From Takakia lepidozioides (lineage: Eukaryota; Plantae; Bryophyta), in the NCBI GenBank assembly GCA_030704615.1, contig CM060733.1, positions 19,096,001 to 19,160,000 on the forward strand: a stretch of 64,000 bases of DNA, given 5' to 3'. The translations under genes were made by a program, and so were the position numbers. The notes below the pieces were generated by a model, which had not been told where the DNA came from, made no database searches, and saw only the letters and a list, made by a program, of their open reading frames with translations. This document shows, piece after piece, positions 12,191 through 25,666 of this stretch (its first letter is position 1; every line of letters starts with the position of its first letter).

Positions 12191-15100
12191 ATGATTCGAA
12201 CGGGCCTGATGGAAGAGGTGCACCAGAAGTTGGGAATGCTGCACTATCCACGGGCTTCGGTGCCATCACAATCGTTGCTATACGCCGGCCTAGAGCGCTA
12301 TGCGCTCCTGGAGTGGCTGTTTTTCAGGTCCTCACTCATTCTAGAGGAATTCGCTTCGTCCTCCTTGTTAGCTTTTGTTGTTCGTCTTTGTCTTTTCATG
12401 AATCTTTCCAGTTGTATATCTGAAGGGATCCTTGGAGCCGTCAGTGAGACATGGTTCCTTGCAAGGTAGGGTGTAAAGCGTCGTAGGGGAGTCGTCAATG
12501 CAACGATTCCGGGTTGAAAACTGAAAGCATGCAGAACAGCAATTGGAACTATTGTGCAAGGATTGATGTGACTCCTCTCACCTGTGAGGAAACTGGATTG
12601 GTTTATGGTGAAGTCTTGCCTTCGTGAGATGGTTTTTCAAGTTTGAAGTTGTGAGCCAGTTTGGATGTTCGGTTTTTCCTGTGTGATATGGCCGTGATTC
12701 TGGGTTGGTGATCAAAATGGTGTTGCATTCTCGGAGAGTTATTCCTAGTTCACAAGTCACAATGTGTGGGTAGAGTGATGAGGGCTTGTATCTTAACGGT
12801 TCTAGGTGGCTTGTACTGCACCCCCTCTTTACCTTGTCACTGTTTTTCCTTGTTGGGGTGATTCGAAAGGTTTTTATATGAAGGGTTCTTCATGAGGAGC
12901 GAAGGGGAAAGGATTAGGGATCTTTATCTGCTAAAGGTGGGCCTCTCCCCAGGTTGTTTGCAATTTTCATAATTTAGGAAGAGAGGGAGTTTGTCTGAGC
13001 TTTCATACCCAGGCTAGCAGTAATGTGAACGTTGTGTATGGATGTGATGGACGAACTTCTGCAGACTGCTGGGGGACAAGTCACCCTTCACACAGCAGGG
13101 TTTGCTTGGTGATGGTGCAGACCGTGACGAAGAGGCTGCTCGCATACAGTGTAAGTCTCTTGCATGTACCATGAATTTCTGGAGGTTGCTTGAAGCATGT
13201 TTATTTGAGGTTTCTGCTTTGAGTTTCCATGTAGCAACCATTTGCAAGTATACTCCTTGTGTGCACAGGAATGCAGAGCTCCTGGTTGCATGTGATTGGT
13301 GCTAAGGCTTCAAGCTCCATGGTGACATTTGCGTAGGTTGTCAAAATTTGAATTAAAGTGCTTGTAGAGGCCACAGTGCCAGCAGAGTTGAGGGTATGAG
13401 AGTGAAAGCATATCAGCTGGGTGCAGACTTGGCAGAGATTGCCAAATACCTGGGATTGACAACTGCAGTGGACCCAGATGCCATCCAAGTGAGTGCCTCC
13501 TCATGTTTGGTATAGTGCTGACCAGTCTGTCTCTGAAGCTTCAATGAGGCCATGTATTTGTCTTGTTGTCTCACCGTGATTTCATCCGTGCGTCTCTATA
13601 TCTTCTTTTGGGAAAAAGTATTCTGAGTCAGTCTAAGGCTCCAGTACCAGTATTAGTCCAAAGGATGTGCATAAGAACCCATCCTTGCCAATGAGGTCAC
13701 AAGATAATCCTGGCTCTGTCTTGCTGTTTTGGAATTGCCTGTGTACTCTACAATTTTGATCTAAAACTTGATCTGTCGTATATGGAATGGTACAGGGGAA
13801 AGGGAGTTATGAGAGTCGAGCAGAAATGCTGCACCTGACAGTGGAGCTAGTGGAAGCCAGCAGTGTTGCTGACAATCCTGAGTGGAGGTGAGGCTGCCAA
13901 GTCTTCATCTGCAGACATGGTTTCCAAGTATGTTTTCTTTTTTATTTGCTATTACAGCTCACTATCCATTGTGTCAGTCTCCCAGCTGGGGCACATAAGT
14001 GTGGGCTGTTCAGAACTGTCATTGTCAAGTGAGGGTGCAGTGTGTGAGCACAATTGTGAGCATAGGTGGGCACTGTTTCAAGGTAATGGTAACTCTATGT
14101 GTGCATTTGCCGTTTTTACAAACATGTACAGCCCATTTGTGGGTTGAGTAGAACTAGTCTCAATGGTAGTTGCCCTAAGGATCATCAGCAGGACCCAGCG
14201 CTTGATTGTTTGATCTCTATCCAAAGCAACCAAGTCTTTGGTAGTATTATTGAACAGGAGTGCTCAGTCTTGAGAGGGGCTTTGGGCTGCATGATGTGCT
14301 TTTGGGTTTTATTAGCAGCTGCTTCAAACAGGCAAACTGCCTGCTCACTCAAGTAGGTGGGGTGAAGTCTTTTGGAGGAACTCCTGTCTCAGGAGTCACA
14401 TTCAAAAGAAGGTACAGAGACCGTAGATGTATCAATGATGCAAGGATCAAGTAATGGTTTGACTGGTTACCAAGGGCAGATGAGAAAAGGAGTTCCTACC
14501 GAATGACAGAGGAGGGGAAATTGGAGGAAATTGCATGGGGCAGTAGCTTTTAAGCCTCTGCTTGTCATTGACTTGTGAGGGCATGGATGGGGCTGGGATG
14601 CAGCATCGATGACCAAGTAGCCAAGGACGTACTATTGGTCGATGCCATTGCTGAAAAGCAGACCCAAGTTTTTTCTGATGAATGTAAACTCTTCCCTGCT
14701 GACGTGCAAATTATGCTCAACTCTCCAGTGTATGACCTCGACTCCTTTCCTGGTATATAAATCCTGGTAACATGACCATTTTTTGGACACAAATTAGTTA
14801 TGTAGGCTATTTAATAACCAGAGGTGAAAGTCCTGACTGCGCTTTTTGCACTCTTGTATAAGGTAGGAGAGGTATGGTAGGAGCTAGCCTTAGGTTAGCC
14901 TTAGGTCCTCAGCGCTGTTGTAGCTGAGGCACTTACTGGGCTGGCTCATGGTCACTTGTTGTTCGTTTAACCTTGACTGCTGTTTCGTTCTTGCATTCCA
15001 AGGTGTTTTCAGAGGTTTGAGATCTTCCAGAACAAAGGGATGAGGTAGAAAAGTTGGCTGAGAACCAGTTTTGTGGATGGCCCTGGGTTGTCTGCAGCCA

Positions 15101-16420
15101 AGATATAGTTGAACTGGAATCACAGCTGTCTGAGCAGATGAAGGACTTGGCAAATCTGCAGACCCTGGTTACTGACCTGGCTGCCAAGGTGAGCATGTTT
15201 GCATTGTCTATGATAGTATCTGAACATGAATGACAGTCTATGGCACACTGGTATAGAATGCCGTTTGAAGAGTGCATCCTGTTTATGTGCCGAACTCTTT
15301 ATGTGGCATGTAAGTTCTGAGGATACATTCTTTTGTATCCCATTTCTGGTAGTGCGTCTACTCCCAGGCTGCAGTGCTAGAGTTGTACTATCTTGTAAGT
15401 GATTATCTGCTTGCTTTTTGCATAACAAATCAGGACTTTGTGTCATAGGAAGTTGATGGATGTGCATTTCTGTATGGGTGAAGAAGCTGAGAGAGTTAGT
15501 GGGTTGGCAGCAAAGTTACAATCCTAATGAGGACCATGCCGAAGCTGAAGTGGAACTTCGCACACAGTTGGAAGCTTTTCTAGATGCGGCTAAGGCTTTC
15601 AATATCATCTATGCCAAGGTGGGGCCATGGACTCAATACTAAACTTTTTGCTGTACATTTTTCAGATTCTGCATGTGAGTATGTACATACAAGTCAAATT
15701 TTATTTGTGAAGTTTCATATTTTTTCCTACCAGGAATAATTCCAACCATGTGCATTGAGAGTGGAGCAGGAGATACGGCCATGGACACACACGATGGAGG
15801 TACCACAGCTGCATGGGTTGGGGCCAGCAGCCCACCGTTTGCTTGAATCCTACAAGCTACTGATCAAGGTACTACTCCTGAAGTTCAATCTTGTTTGAGT
15901 TTGCTAGGCCAAGATCTGCCTTTTTCCTACTTTTTGAAACTCACATTGGTGACTCAGTTGAAACTCGAGCTCAGCTTGAGTCCCAAGGCTTGGCTGAATG
16001 TCATATTGTTCTACTTTGTGGAAATGCAACATCTGTCTGCTATGGCTGACTGGTGCACACCTGGCAACCACTAGGACCCTCCTTTGCAGCAGGTGGTCAC
16101 CTGCACCAAATGTTAATGGCAGGCGTTGCAAATCACATACACATTCTGCCCTCTTACAAACTTTCTGGGTGCTTGTCTGGCAGCTCCTGCGGAACCTTCG
16201 GAACATGAGAGATTCACATTCAGCAGTTGCTACTGGCTCAGATATATCAAGTGAAGAGGATTCCCTTTCTTCCACTCTGGAAGTATCTTCTTTGGTACAG
16301 CTGGTGGCTGAATGTGAAGAAGCTCTTTTGCTTTTAAACAATGGTCTCGGTATTCTTTCTCTCTCCCTTGAACGGGACTCTGGTGCTACCTCCCTTGGAG
16401 ATGAGCAAACCAATTGTTGA
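12191..16420 (+). CDS. AUG7: AUGMIN subunit 7 (plant HAUS7-like), 9 exons
   Basis: Exons ~12191-12327 ([27 protein letters not shown]), 13065-13150 ([19 protein letters not shown]), 13427-13488 ([10 protein letters not shown]), 13796-13887, 14604-14729 ([18 protein letters not shown]), 15098-15188, 15511-15618, 15770-15868 ([21 protein letters not shown]), 16184-16420. Collinear with Arabidopsis AUG7 as I recall it. Confidence 0.9.
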
Positions 16421-17529
16421 GGAGACTTGACATGATTGATGCTCTTTGCAGTAGGCGGCTCGCTTTCTCTCTCTTTCTGACAATACACTAACATGCAGGT
16501 TACAGTAACACTCTAGCACATACCACAGTTACGTGGTAAGGTAGATGATTTATCTTTGTGGCACCTAAGCAGGATGGAATTCATGCCCACTATTGCATAG
16601 AGTTGCATTTAACTTGTTGGGTGAGCGCAGTCTTCTCCAATTCAAAGGGATGATGGAAGGAATTCTAAGGGATAAATGAAAGTAAAAGATGCAGTTAGGA
16701 ACATGATTCAAAACTCAAGTTGAGTAGATCTTAGGACAGCTTTGGTTGTGAACAAAAAGGTGGTGAGAGGTGCAGAATTTGCAGAAAAACTGTAGACCTT
16801 GAGGTGTTAAGAAGCTGTGAACAAAGCGTATCAAGGTAGCACTTGCACAAATTTCTGCAGAGGGGGACAATTCTGTTCTTTTTTGGAGAGTGACGGAAAG
16901 GTTCCTCAGGCTGATCAGTGCAAAAATTCATAACCTTGTTACACAATCTGTTTTTGAAACAAAAACTAATGATCTTCCATATTTCTCAAGTCTAGACCTT
17001 CGCATCTGCCAATTTCATGTCTACATGAACACCTAAACGTTTAGTAGTGTCACACCAACCATTGTTGGAAAGGCCAAAAATGAGAGACTTGCAGCTACCT
17101 AGAAAGCCAATGTAGCTACAAACCAGCATGAAGTCCATAATTGTGTAACAAGGGACCCACTGAGAACCTTCATTTAGTTGCTGATAGGGGAAAAAAAACA
17201 AATCCCAATGGGCCATAAAGCAAACACGCCAAAAGATGGTGAGGGACGAACCCAAAGACACAGATTTGTTCTCTTATGATAAGAGCTAACCACAGGGAGA
17301 TATGGGTGGTTAAGCTTGAAAGCTTGCCTCAGTCCAGATCATGACGTTGATTGCGGAGTCCCTGTTTGAGATTCCAACATATTCCCGAAAGAGACTGTTT
17401 TGGTAGTGTGATGCTCAGAAGCTCGAGCAGAAGATGCGGCAGCAGAGTGGAGGTTAAGGGTGAGGTGAGCATTTGTGACCCTTCGTGCTGCAGTGAAGAG
17501 CAAGGTGGTGCTGGACTCCGAGTTTGTTG

Positions 17530-20500
17530 ATGGCGTCCCTGTCTTCCAGGCTTGCTTCCTGCCATGTCACGGCTCAACGGTTGGAGTTGCTCCGGCCTCC
17601 TTCTGTTCCGGTTGCTGTCCTTGCCAAGCGCAACAATGTGCTGACAGTTTCGTTCAAGGACGGCTTCGTCGTCAGGACTTCTAGGCATGGCTCATCCACG
17701 AATGCATCTCTGTCTCAGCGCACAGAAGCTGCTACGATTGCCGACGAAAACACTTCTAGTGGGTCTTCTGCCACACCAACCATTTGTTTGACAATTAATG
17801 TAGATGCAACGTCTTACACATGCCTCACGGCTGCCCACCTTGCTTGTGGGAAAGTCCAATTGCCGACGTTATCCCGTCATTGCAATGAAATCTGCAATCC
17901 ATGTCGGAGTCAGAACCCAACACCCTCTCCAGTAACCTTTCGGTCGCTCGTCTGAGAAGCCGCCCATTGAATGAGTGGAAGTTCTCTCTCTCTATCCAAA
18001 CACTATCTGGAGCGATTTTTCAACAACCGGAAACAACCGAACCTTTGCATGAACTGTTGGTAATTTTTAAGATCATCTGCCCCTTCCAGTTCTCGTGAAT
18101 TATCTCTTGAGATTATGTACACACCAAGAGAGTCACGTCCGGTTTTGTGTTGAAGTTTGTGTGGAGAAATCCAAATTGACTGCCAGGTTTAAGGTAAATT
18201 CAATGAGAAAAGTCTGTGATAAAGTGAGTACGGACTGTAATTACACCTTCCTCAGCTAGGAGTGTTATAATGCAGAGTGAAGAGGGACCGGTGGGAGGTG
18301 GGGGGGAAAAGGGGAGGGGCCTGTGGGTGGTGAAGTTGTGCTAAGTGGTTGAAGGATTAAACAGCAGGAAGCGAAGCAGCCTGGCAAGCCTTTCAAGGCC
18401 GAGTTGGGGGAGAATGGGATGGATATGGAGCAGACTTCACTGCACAAGGGCAGCCCTTGGAATTGCCCCGGGCTGTTGTGCCTGATGCATTCCGCGAGTG
18501 GGGAGTGGAAATCCACGACTGGCAGACCCAGTGTCCTACTCTTGCTCATCCAGAGCAGGGCCGCCTGTGGTACAAGCTAATACGGCTGCTTCCTACTGTG
18601 GGATGTGAGGCTGATGCTGCCACAACATATAGTGTGGAAGAATGTGATGTGCAGCAGACTGCTGCAATACTAGCATTTCACCAGGAGGGCTCCTACACAG
18701 CTGTCTGGCGCGGGCAGCGAGTGACAAAACAACAGCAGGGCCCTGGGAAGCTGGTGGTGCGGGAGGGTGGCGGGTTGGAAGTGGAGCAGTGCTTGCTGCA
18801 CGGGCAAACACGGGTGCGAGTGGTGCAGCAGCTGAGTGAAGGGCGGCGCATTATGGTGTACCGTGAGTTGTGGGAGGGTCCCTTCCGGAATGGTGAGTCC
18901 CTCGGCGGCTGTGCCTCTGGTGCCTCCACATTTGCAAAGGAACCCCCATTGCAGGAATCGTTGCTTGCGGGTGCATGGCATGTCGACCATTTTTCCACCC
19001 AACCACCATCTTCCAGTGTGAGTATTGGTCACCATCACTTGTTACCAACTCAAAGTTGCCCTTCAAAACTACTGGGCTCCTTTTAGTATGAGAGAAGAGA
19101 GGTGGAAAAGTTTTGGGCTGCTTTCGGAGTGCAAAGTCCCTAGTGTTGCATTTAAGATGACATTATTGTCAGTCTACAAAGGAGTGGACGGAGGTCCTTT
19201 TTGCTTGCCTGGTGGGCACATGTTTTTCCTCCTCTGTGCCCATCATCTCACCATATTGAAGTTACTGTTGCACCCCGGTGAGCTAAATGGCTGTAACAAT
19301 AAAGCTGGAATAAGAAGCCCATTGTGGACCAATGTAACTCACCCTTTAAAGCAACCATCACTTTCAAACCAAGAATGTCCTTCGGTTTGTGTGTACTCTC
19401 TTCGGGATATCCTTAGTGATACCCGTTTGAGCAGCTGCTTCTTTCAGAGGTATAGAATTTCATGGAGCCTATGGCAGGCTTACTCGTGCACTTTTTAGTT
19501 CTTCTTTGAGCAGCTGATGGCTATCTCTCTTTCCTCCCCTCCCTCCATATTCCTACCTCCCTCTTGTTCTACTGCATCGAGCAATCAATGACAGACTGAT
19601 ATAGCTATCCTTTCTAAGATTAGTCCGTCGGCTGTGTACTAGGGATAAGAACACTGGGATCTTGTGGACTATTCCATGTCATGTTCTTGATAAGGCCAAT
19701 TGTGAACAGTGCATGCAAAGGGTTTTGGGGTTGTCAGTATGTTGGTGATGCAAAGCTGGCTGGAATGGGAGGGCAGAGTGGTCCACAAAGTCACTGGGGG
19801 GTGGCTTTTCTTGTTTGTCTGGTTTAGGACGTAAGTGTACAAGGCAAATGCGCAAGCTGTGAACTCATCTTTGTGGGCTCCGAGGACATGGAAAGACAAC
19901 TGCCCGATGACCTTGTTCTTCTTCCCAAGGATATGTGGACTAGAGTGATTCTTTCAGAAACCGATGGGTACCACATCGAGACCGGCTGGCTTTTGCATCC
20001 TGATCAAGCAATTGTGTCTGTTTGCCATTGTGCAAGCTCTGGTGAGCTGAAGGTGAGTGAATACCAACAGTAAGGAGATAGGGGAGCAGCCCGAGGAGAG
20101 GAAACACAAGTAGGGTGTGATAGGGGGTGTTTAAGGACAGCGGACAGGAACAGAAATTTATTATGTTCGCAGGATGCCATCTTCACCAGTAGAGAAATGC
20201 TTGTTTGAACTATAGACGTACTGACAAGCCTGTAGTTCGGATTGATTCTGTTTAGGCCTACCTCTCCCTTGATGACCTTGTTAGATTACTAGGCGGAGTT
20301 GTAATTTAACTCAGCAAAGCCATGCCACATTGCCCTGCAATCCAGGTGCCAAGGGCGAGTACATGAAAGTAGATGTGTAAGACTCAAGGAGAGGATAGCG
20401 GCATGGAAGTCTGGTACGAAGGACAAATACCTTCTGTCAATTTATTTGTGTCAACTGCAAGTTATCGGTGATGTTCCAATACTACCCTCGGGTTATGGTG

Positions 20501-20545
20501 CAGGGTGGCCGTATGAGATTTGAGCAGCGCATCACTACCAGATGA
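17530..20545 (+). CDS. Conserved plant uncharacterised protein with a putative plastid transit peptide, multi-exon
   Basis: Ser/Arg-rich N-terminus from ATG 17530. Main exon ~18375-19017 reads WQAFQGRVGGEWDGYGADF..ELPRAVVPDAFREWGVEIHDWQTQCPTLA..LLPTVGCEADAAT..EGPFRNGESLGGC. Further exons at ~19886-20052 (LLPKDMW..IETGWL) and 20504-20545. The first-exon boundary is uncertain. Confidence 0.7.
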
Positions 20546-23500
20546 TGGTAGCCCTTAGCAGCCTTGGCAAGTAAGAAATAGCCCTATGACTTACAAGGTC
20601 AGTAACTTCACTACCATGATTTTCAGGTAGCATTTTTAGAGATAAGCATCAGGGTAGGAGGGCTTTGGGCTTAAGTTATGTAGCTAACCAAAGTTGGCAG
20701 CCTTGTCGAATGAAGACAGTAGCCGAAATTGTCGAGGCATTAACATATTGCAGTGGCTAAGGGACTTAACCCATGGCCCAAGAGCTGGTGGGAAGAACGC
20801 AGACAGGAAGTGGTGGTATTTTTCTTACCTTTCAAGTTTTGCTGTCTATAGCTCTCACTGCATTCTCCAACAAGTTTATGTTCCTTCCACGGCCCAACTA
20901 CTGGTTTACCCCAGCAATTGGAACAAAAGTAAGATTCCCACAGAAAGTCCAAACAGGTCTTCATCGACTACAAATCCACTGCATTTAGAGTGAAGTGAGG
21001 CACACTGGCAGTGACGCTGTTACTGGATTTTCATTCCTAGCCCTGAGCTGGTATTGCATATATAGCCATCTATATGTTATCTAGCACAACCTCATGTGAA
21101 CGACTTGCTCGATGGGTTAGCCTGTGGATGGATGCTAATGGAATGTGGCTGGTTGATAAACATAGGTTTGCAGTACACACCTCTGCAATGAGCAGAGCTT
21201 CAGAAGTACCATTCGACATAGTCACAGAGTCCTTACCGAAAGAGCATGGAATGCAAAGGACATCTGTTCACAGCAGGCACAGGACTGGGCAATCAACCCT
21301 TTAAAGACCTGCCTCTATCACAGATATATAACATCATTGGATGTCTTTGGATGTGTTTTAATTGGATCAAGCTCGGTTCCAATGGGAAGGTGTTAAGAGT
21401 GTTTGAAGAAATTAATACCCCTAAGTATATGAACTATTCTTGGTACTTTTGGAGACGGCCAGAGGTGTAACTAATCTTACCAGGCTTAGAACGTTCTCAT
21501 TAGTTGCATCAAATTAGTCATAGTCCTCCACACCTTCTATGGAAGTCATGCACAGAGACCATATGGATCATATGACAATTGTACAATGAGTAGGTGATAA
21601 ACCATAACCTTTGAACGTGACTATTTCTGTAATTTGCTACTTACTGCTGTTGAGGTTCTGGTGCTCGATTTGTCAATATGTTCACATTGGTATATGGACG
21701 CGTGTTCCTCTTCTGATCTGTATGTATTCTTTTGGTTGTCAAGGTCTTATAGGATACTAGACAGTGCTGAGCGCCCAGCATTGTCATGCTTGAATCTTTG
21801 GAAAGAAAGAAGAAAGAAGAAAGAATCAAGCTTCTTTTTGGTATATAGTTGAAGGGAATGCAATTCTGGCCGTGGATTTAGGAGGGTGGTCAGAGATTAC
21901 TACTTTTTTGTTTGTAAATCAATACTGGCACACTCGGAAAGCACAAATGAAAGGATGGGTTGTCTATGGGCGCGGGCCACAAGCGGACTACTGGCTGACC
22001 AAAGCTTTGGGAGTGGGTCTTCATTAATGTTTCACACTATTTTGAGACCAAGGGTGGCAGCTTTTCTAAATACAAAGGGAATGAAGACCAGACCTCTGAC
22101 AGAGCTCTTAAGTGTCATAAGTGAACTGGAATTCTCACTTATTTGTGTAACTGTCATGTAGCTGAGTGTATGCTTCCTAGTCGGTAACTAAAGAAACAAC
22201 TGAATAAGTTAGTTCTAAAATTTAAACCCCACCCGAAGAAAACCAAACGTTGAACATGGAACATGAGGACCTACTTACCAGTTTGCCCATGTTAGCAACC
22301 CACTCATAAGCTAACGCTCACCAAATCTCACACTCGGTTACCAACCGCAAGAAGAGAGTGGACATTAAGAGAGCGTGTTCTCCATCTTGAGATTTTGACA
22401 TGAAGATCTTCTCTTTTGTGGGCCACAACCCAATGACATTTGGAGCAACGGTCATAGGCACAAATGATTGGGTTGGAGTCAAGCGGTGGACCGGTCCAAG
22501 CTGGAGAGATCTAGCTATGCCTAGTAGCTTGTGGAAATGCACCCCCGGCAGCAGAATCATGCCTCTCAAATCCTCACATCAGACGTGTCTAGACACAATT
22601 CGTTTTGACCAGTATTGACAGTTAGACTATGAACTAGCAAATAGTCCTGTAAGATCTGTCCTGAGACGGAGGTTGGAGAGTTGCTAATAAAGATCAGGGA
22701 ATGGACTAGCTGCCCACATAGAAAGTATAAACGTGGCAAGACTCTCTGGAAATAGACACCGCTCGTCCATGAGTACCACGAACTCTTGCTAATGTAGCAT
22801 GGTCAACTGCTGAAAATCCATCAACCCAGCAAGGGTTTGAGACTGATACCTAGAGGGAGGGGATAGCAGGGACTTGGATTTGGAGACATGTTTAGATGTG
22901 CTGGAGCCTGGAGGGCTCATGACTGGGACAAGCATGCAGGTAGCTAAAGATCAGTCAGGACTGAGAATGATAGAGCAACATGATGATCATTCTCAACTGT
23001 TTTTGGGCGTCCTGCAGACGAGAAAGAAACAAGCGGAAGTTGTTAGTGATATGTACAAGGACAGCCGCCATGGAGGAACATGATTCCCACTGTACACATC
23101 CCCCCTTCATCTCCGTGTGGGCTGCTGGAGGTGCGAGACGAAGTCGGAGCATGCCTGGAGAGCTAGAGGGCTCAGGGCAAGCGCCGCTGTCAAGGGCAAC
23201 TCTGCAAGCGGCGCTGGGTGTATGGCAGGCAGCATGCCACGTCCACCATAGCTGCTGCTGTTTGTGCTTATCTTCCTTTTGTGGTCCATGGCTGTACCAA
23301 TAGGCAGTGAGGACAAACTGCAAAGAGGGGTGTATTTTTAGCCTGTCCCTCTATCTTGTGCTTCAATCATGATCCTTCTTATTTTATCCTTTTTTCATTG
23401 CACTGTTAAGTCACTGGCGGCTAGTAAGACAGGGATTTTTTTCAAAGAAAAAGAAAAAAAAAAGAGAGGGATTCTTGTAACTGCAAAAACCCACAAAAAC

Positions 23501-24732
23501 CCAAAAGAAAAAAACCTAAAAAAACCCCACAAAACATCCGAATTTGGGTGATTATGTTTTCTTGTACTTGTATGATGCATCTTATGAGGAGCACGTTTGT
23601 GTGATCAGAATGTTCATCAAGTATGTAAGTAACTCCTGCGAACAAACTGAGATACACTTGCAGTCAAGACACTTGTTGCATACCCAGAGGCACCGGACAA
23701 ATGTTGGTTGCAAATGGTGCGACGTAGTATGTACAATATAGATATGGGTTCGCATGTTTGACGCGCATGGTCACTCAAAAACTTAGCTCTATTGTCTGGT
23801 TTTCATGCGCATATTTGCGGTTGTATTTGCGGCGCTATATTGGACCGCACGTTTGTCCGTTCTCATCGGATCAACATGGGCTCCTCCCACCCAACAAAAG
23901 AGTGGGCACCCACTATTTGGGTGGGGGGGGGGGGGTTTGTCACTTTTCCGAGTGCAAGCTGAGAATTTCACTTTTTCTCTTTTAGTCGGTCCAACTGCAG
24001 TGATGATAGAATGACGGAAAGTTTTTTCTTTTTTAATGCAGAAAAACAAAAAGCGGTGAAGGAGATAGACTCTAGACCCTGCCAGCCACCTCCAAGATGG
24101 CAGAGCTGCAGCCAATCAGCTCTGATCACCAGTTTCCAGCTTTTCAGCAAACCCTAATCCACACACGAGTGGTGTTCCTAAACATGACGGCAAGGAAGAA
24201 AGCGATCAGATTAAGCCGCCAACTTATCTACAAAACTTGGACTGCACATCCGAGACTCTATCTCAAACTCCTGTGAGTGGACACAAGAGCCCCCTACAAT
24301 ACCGCTCCAGCCCGCCATCACCTTTCAAAGTTCACACTACTACTCCAGATTTTTGCTGCATCCACTTTACAACCGAGCCGTGAGGGACCCATTTGAGGGA
24401 CCCAGTAGATCGCTCTTGAGCCGATCAGTTCACTACAGTGATTCCAAAGCGGGAAACCATAATCATCGGGATACATCGGGATACAAAGTCTTCTGATCAT
24501 TTCACCGTGACTGAACACTGACGATCAGTTTACTAACTTACAGTGATTCGAAAGCGAGGAAACCATAATCCTTGTCTCCTAATCAAACTTCTCAGATCAA
24601 ACTTCAGACTGAAGAGAAGAAAAAGCTCCGAAACATCTGCTCCATCCATGCCTAAGTTTTCGCACAAGAACTCACGATCAAATCAGCAGTAGCAAAGTAG
24701 GTACGGTAGGAACATCCGTGCGATCGATCGAT

Positions 24733-24817
24733 CGAGAGAGAGAGAGAGAGAGAGACGGGGCTCCAGGGGTTGCTGCAGATAAGTTAAAGTTCAATCAGAG
24801 ATCTGATCGGAGTGAGT

Positions 24818-24848
<31 letters not shown>
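24733..24848. repeat. Two (GA)n microsatellite tracts upstream of the GATA gene
   Basis: GA dinucleotide runs at ~24733-24755 and ~24817-24848. Confidence 0.85.
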
Positions 24849-25666
24849 GGGTAGCGCTTCGCTATCCAAAGGATAACGTACGAGGGGGACGGGGGGCCGA
24901 GCGATGGGGCCTTGGATGCTGCATCGACGGCAGGGGGCGCGCTGCAGGGGATGCCGGGTGCAGCCTATGCGGGGGCGGAGTGGCACGTGCGGAGGGCAGC
25001 GCCCGACCACAGGTGCAGCCTCCATGGGCTGCCCCATGGGGGCGGGCCACGTGGCGGGGGAGATCGGGTAGCGGGCAGGCTATGGATGGCGTCCTTGTGA
25101 TCCTGCCACTCTCTCTCGCTGCTTGCTTGCTCGTCTGCTCTTTCTTATCATTTCTATGCACGGATGCATCTTGCAGAGTGTCCGATCCGGCCCCTTGGCT
25201 CCGCGGGTGCATGCTAGGAGGTGGGTTCTGCGGGGATGCGGAGAGTGTAGACTGTGGAGGTGGAGGCGGGGAGCGGCGGGGGAGGTGAGGGAGCTCGGAG
25301 GATTTTTTTTGGTAGACTGTGGAGGGGGGAGGAGAGAGATCAGCTGGCGGTGCGGGTGTTGTGGTGAAGCTAGACTGCGGATGTGTGAAGGAAGGAGGTA
25401 GAAGGGGTGTTGGATCGCTCAGTTGGAGATGGGTCAATGTGGAGTGGGAGAGGCGAGTGGGATAGTACCGGTGGTGAATGAGGAGGAAGCGGGTCATTGC
25501 GAAAGGTAGAATTTTGGGAGGAGAGGATTAGGTGCATGTAGCTCAGCATGCAAGTACCGGGAGGTTGGAGTTATGTGGTGCGTGGTTAGGAGAAATCAAA
25601 TGCGTAGTGGAGGTGGGAGTGGTAGTGCCTGCTGGTGGCGCGGGGTGCAGGCTGGAAGGAGAAGTC

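Noticed and set aside
22874-23323. Overlapping short ORFs, possible peptide or miRNA locus
   Set aside because: No recognisable motif, conserved miRNA sequence or clear hairpin.
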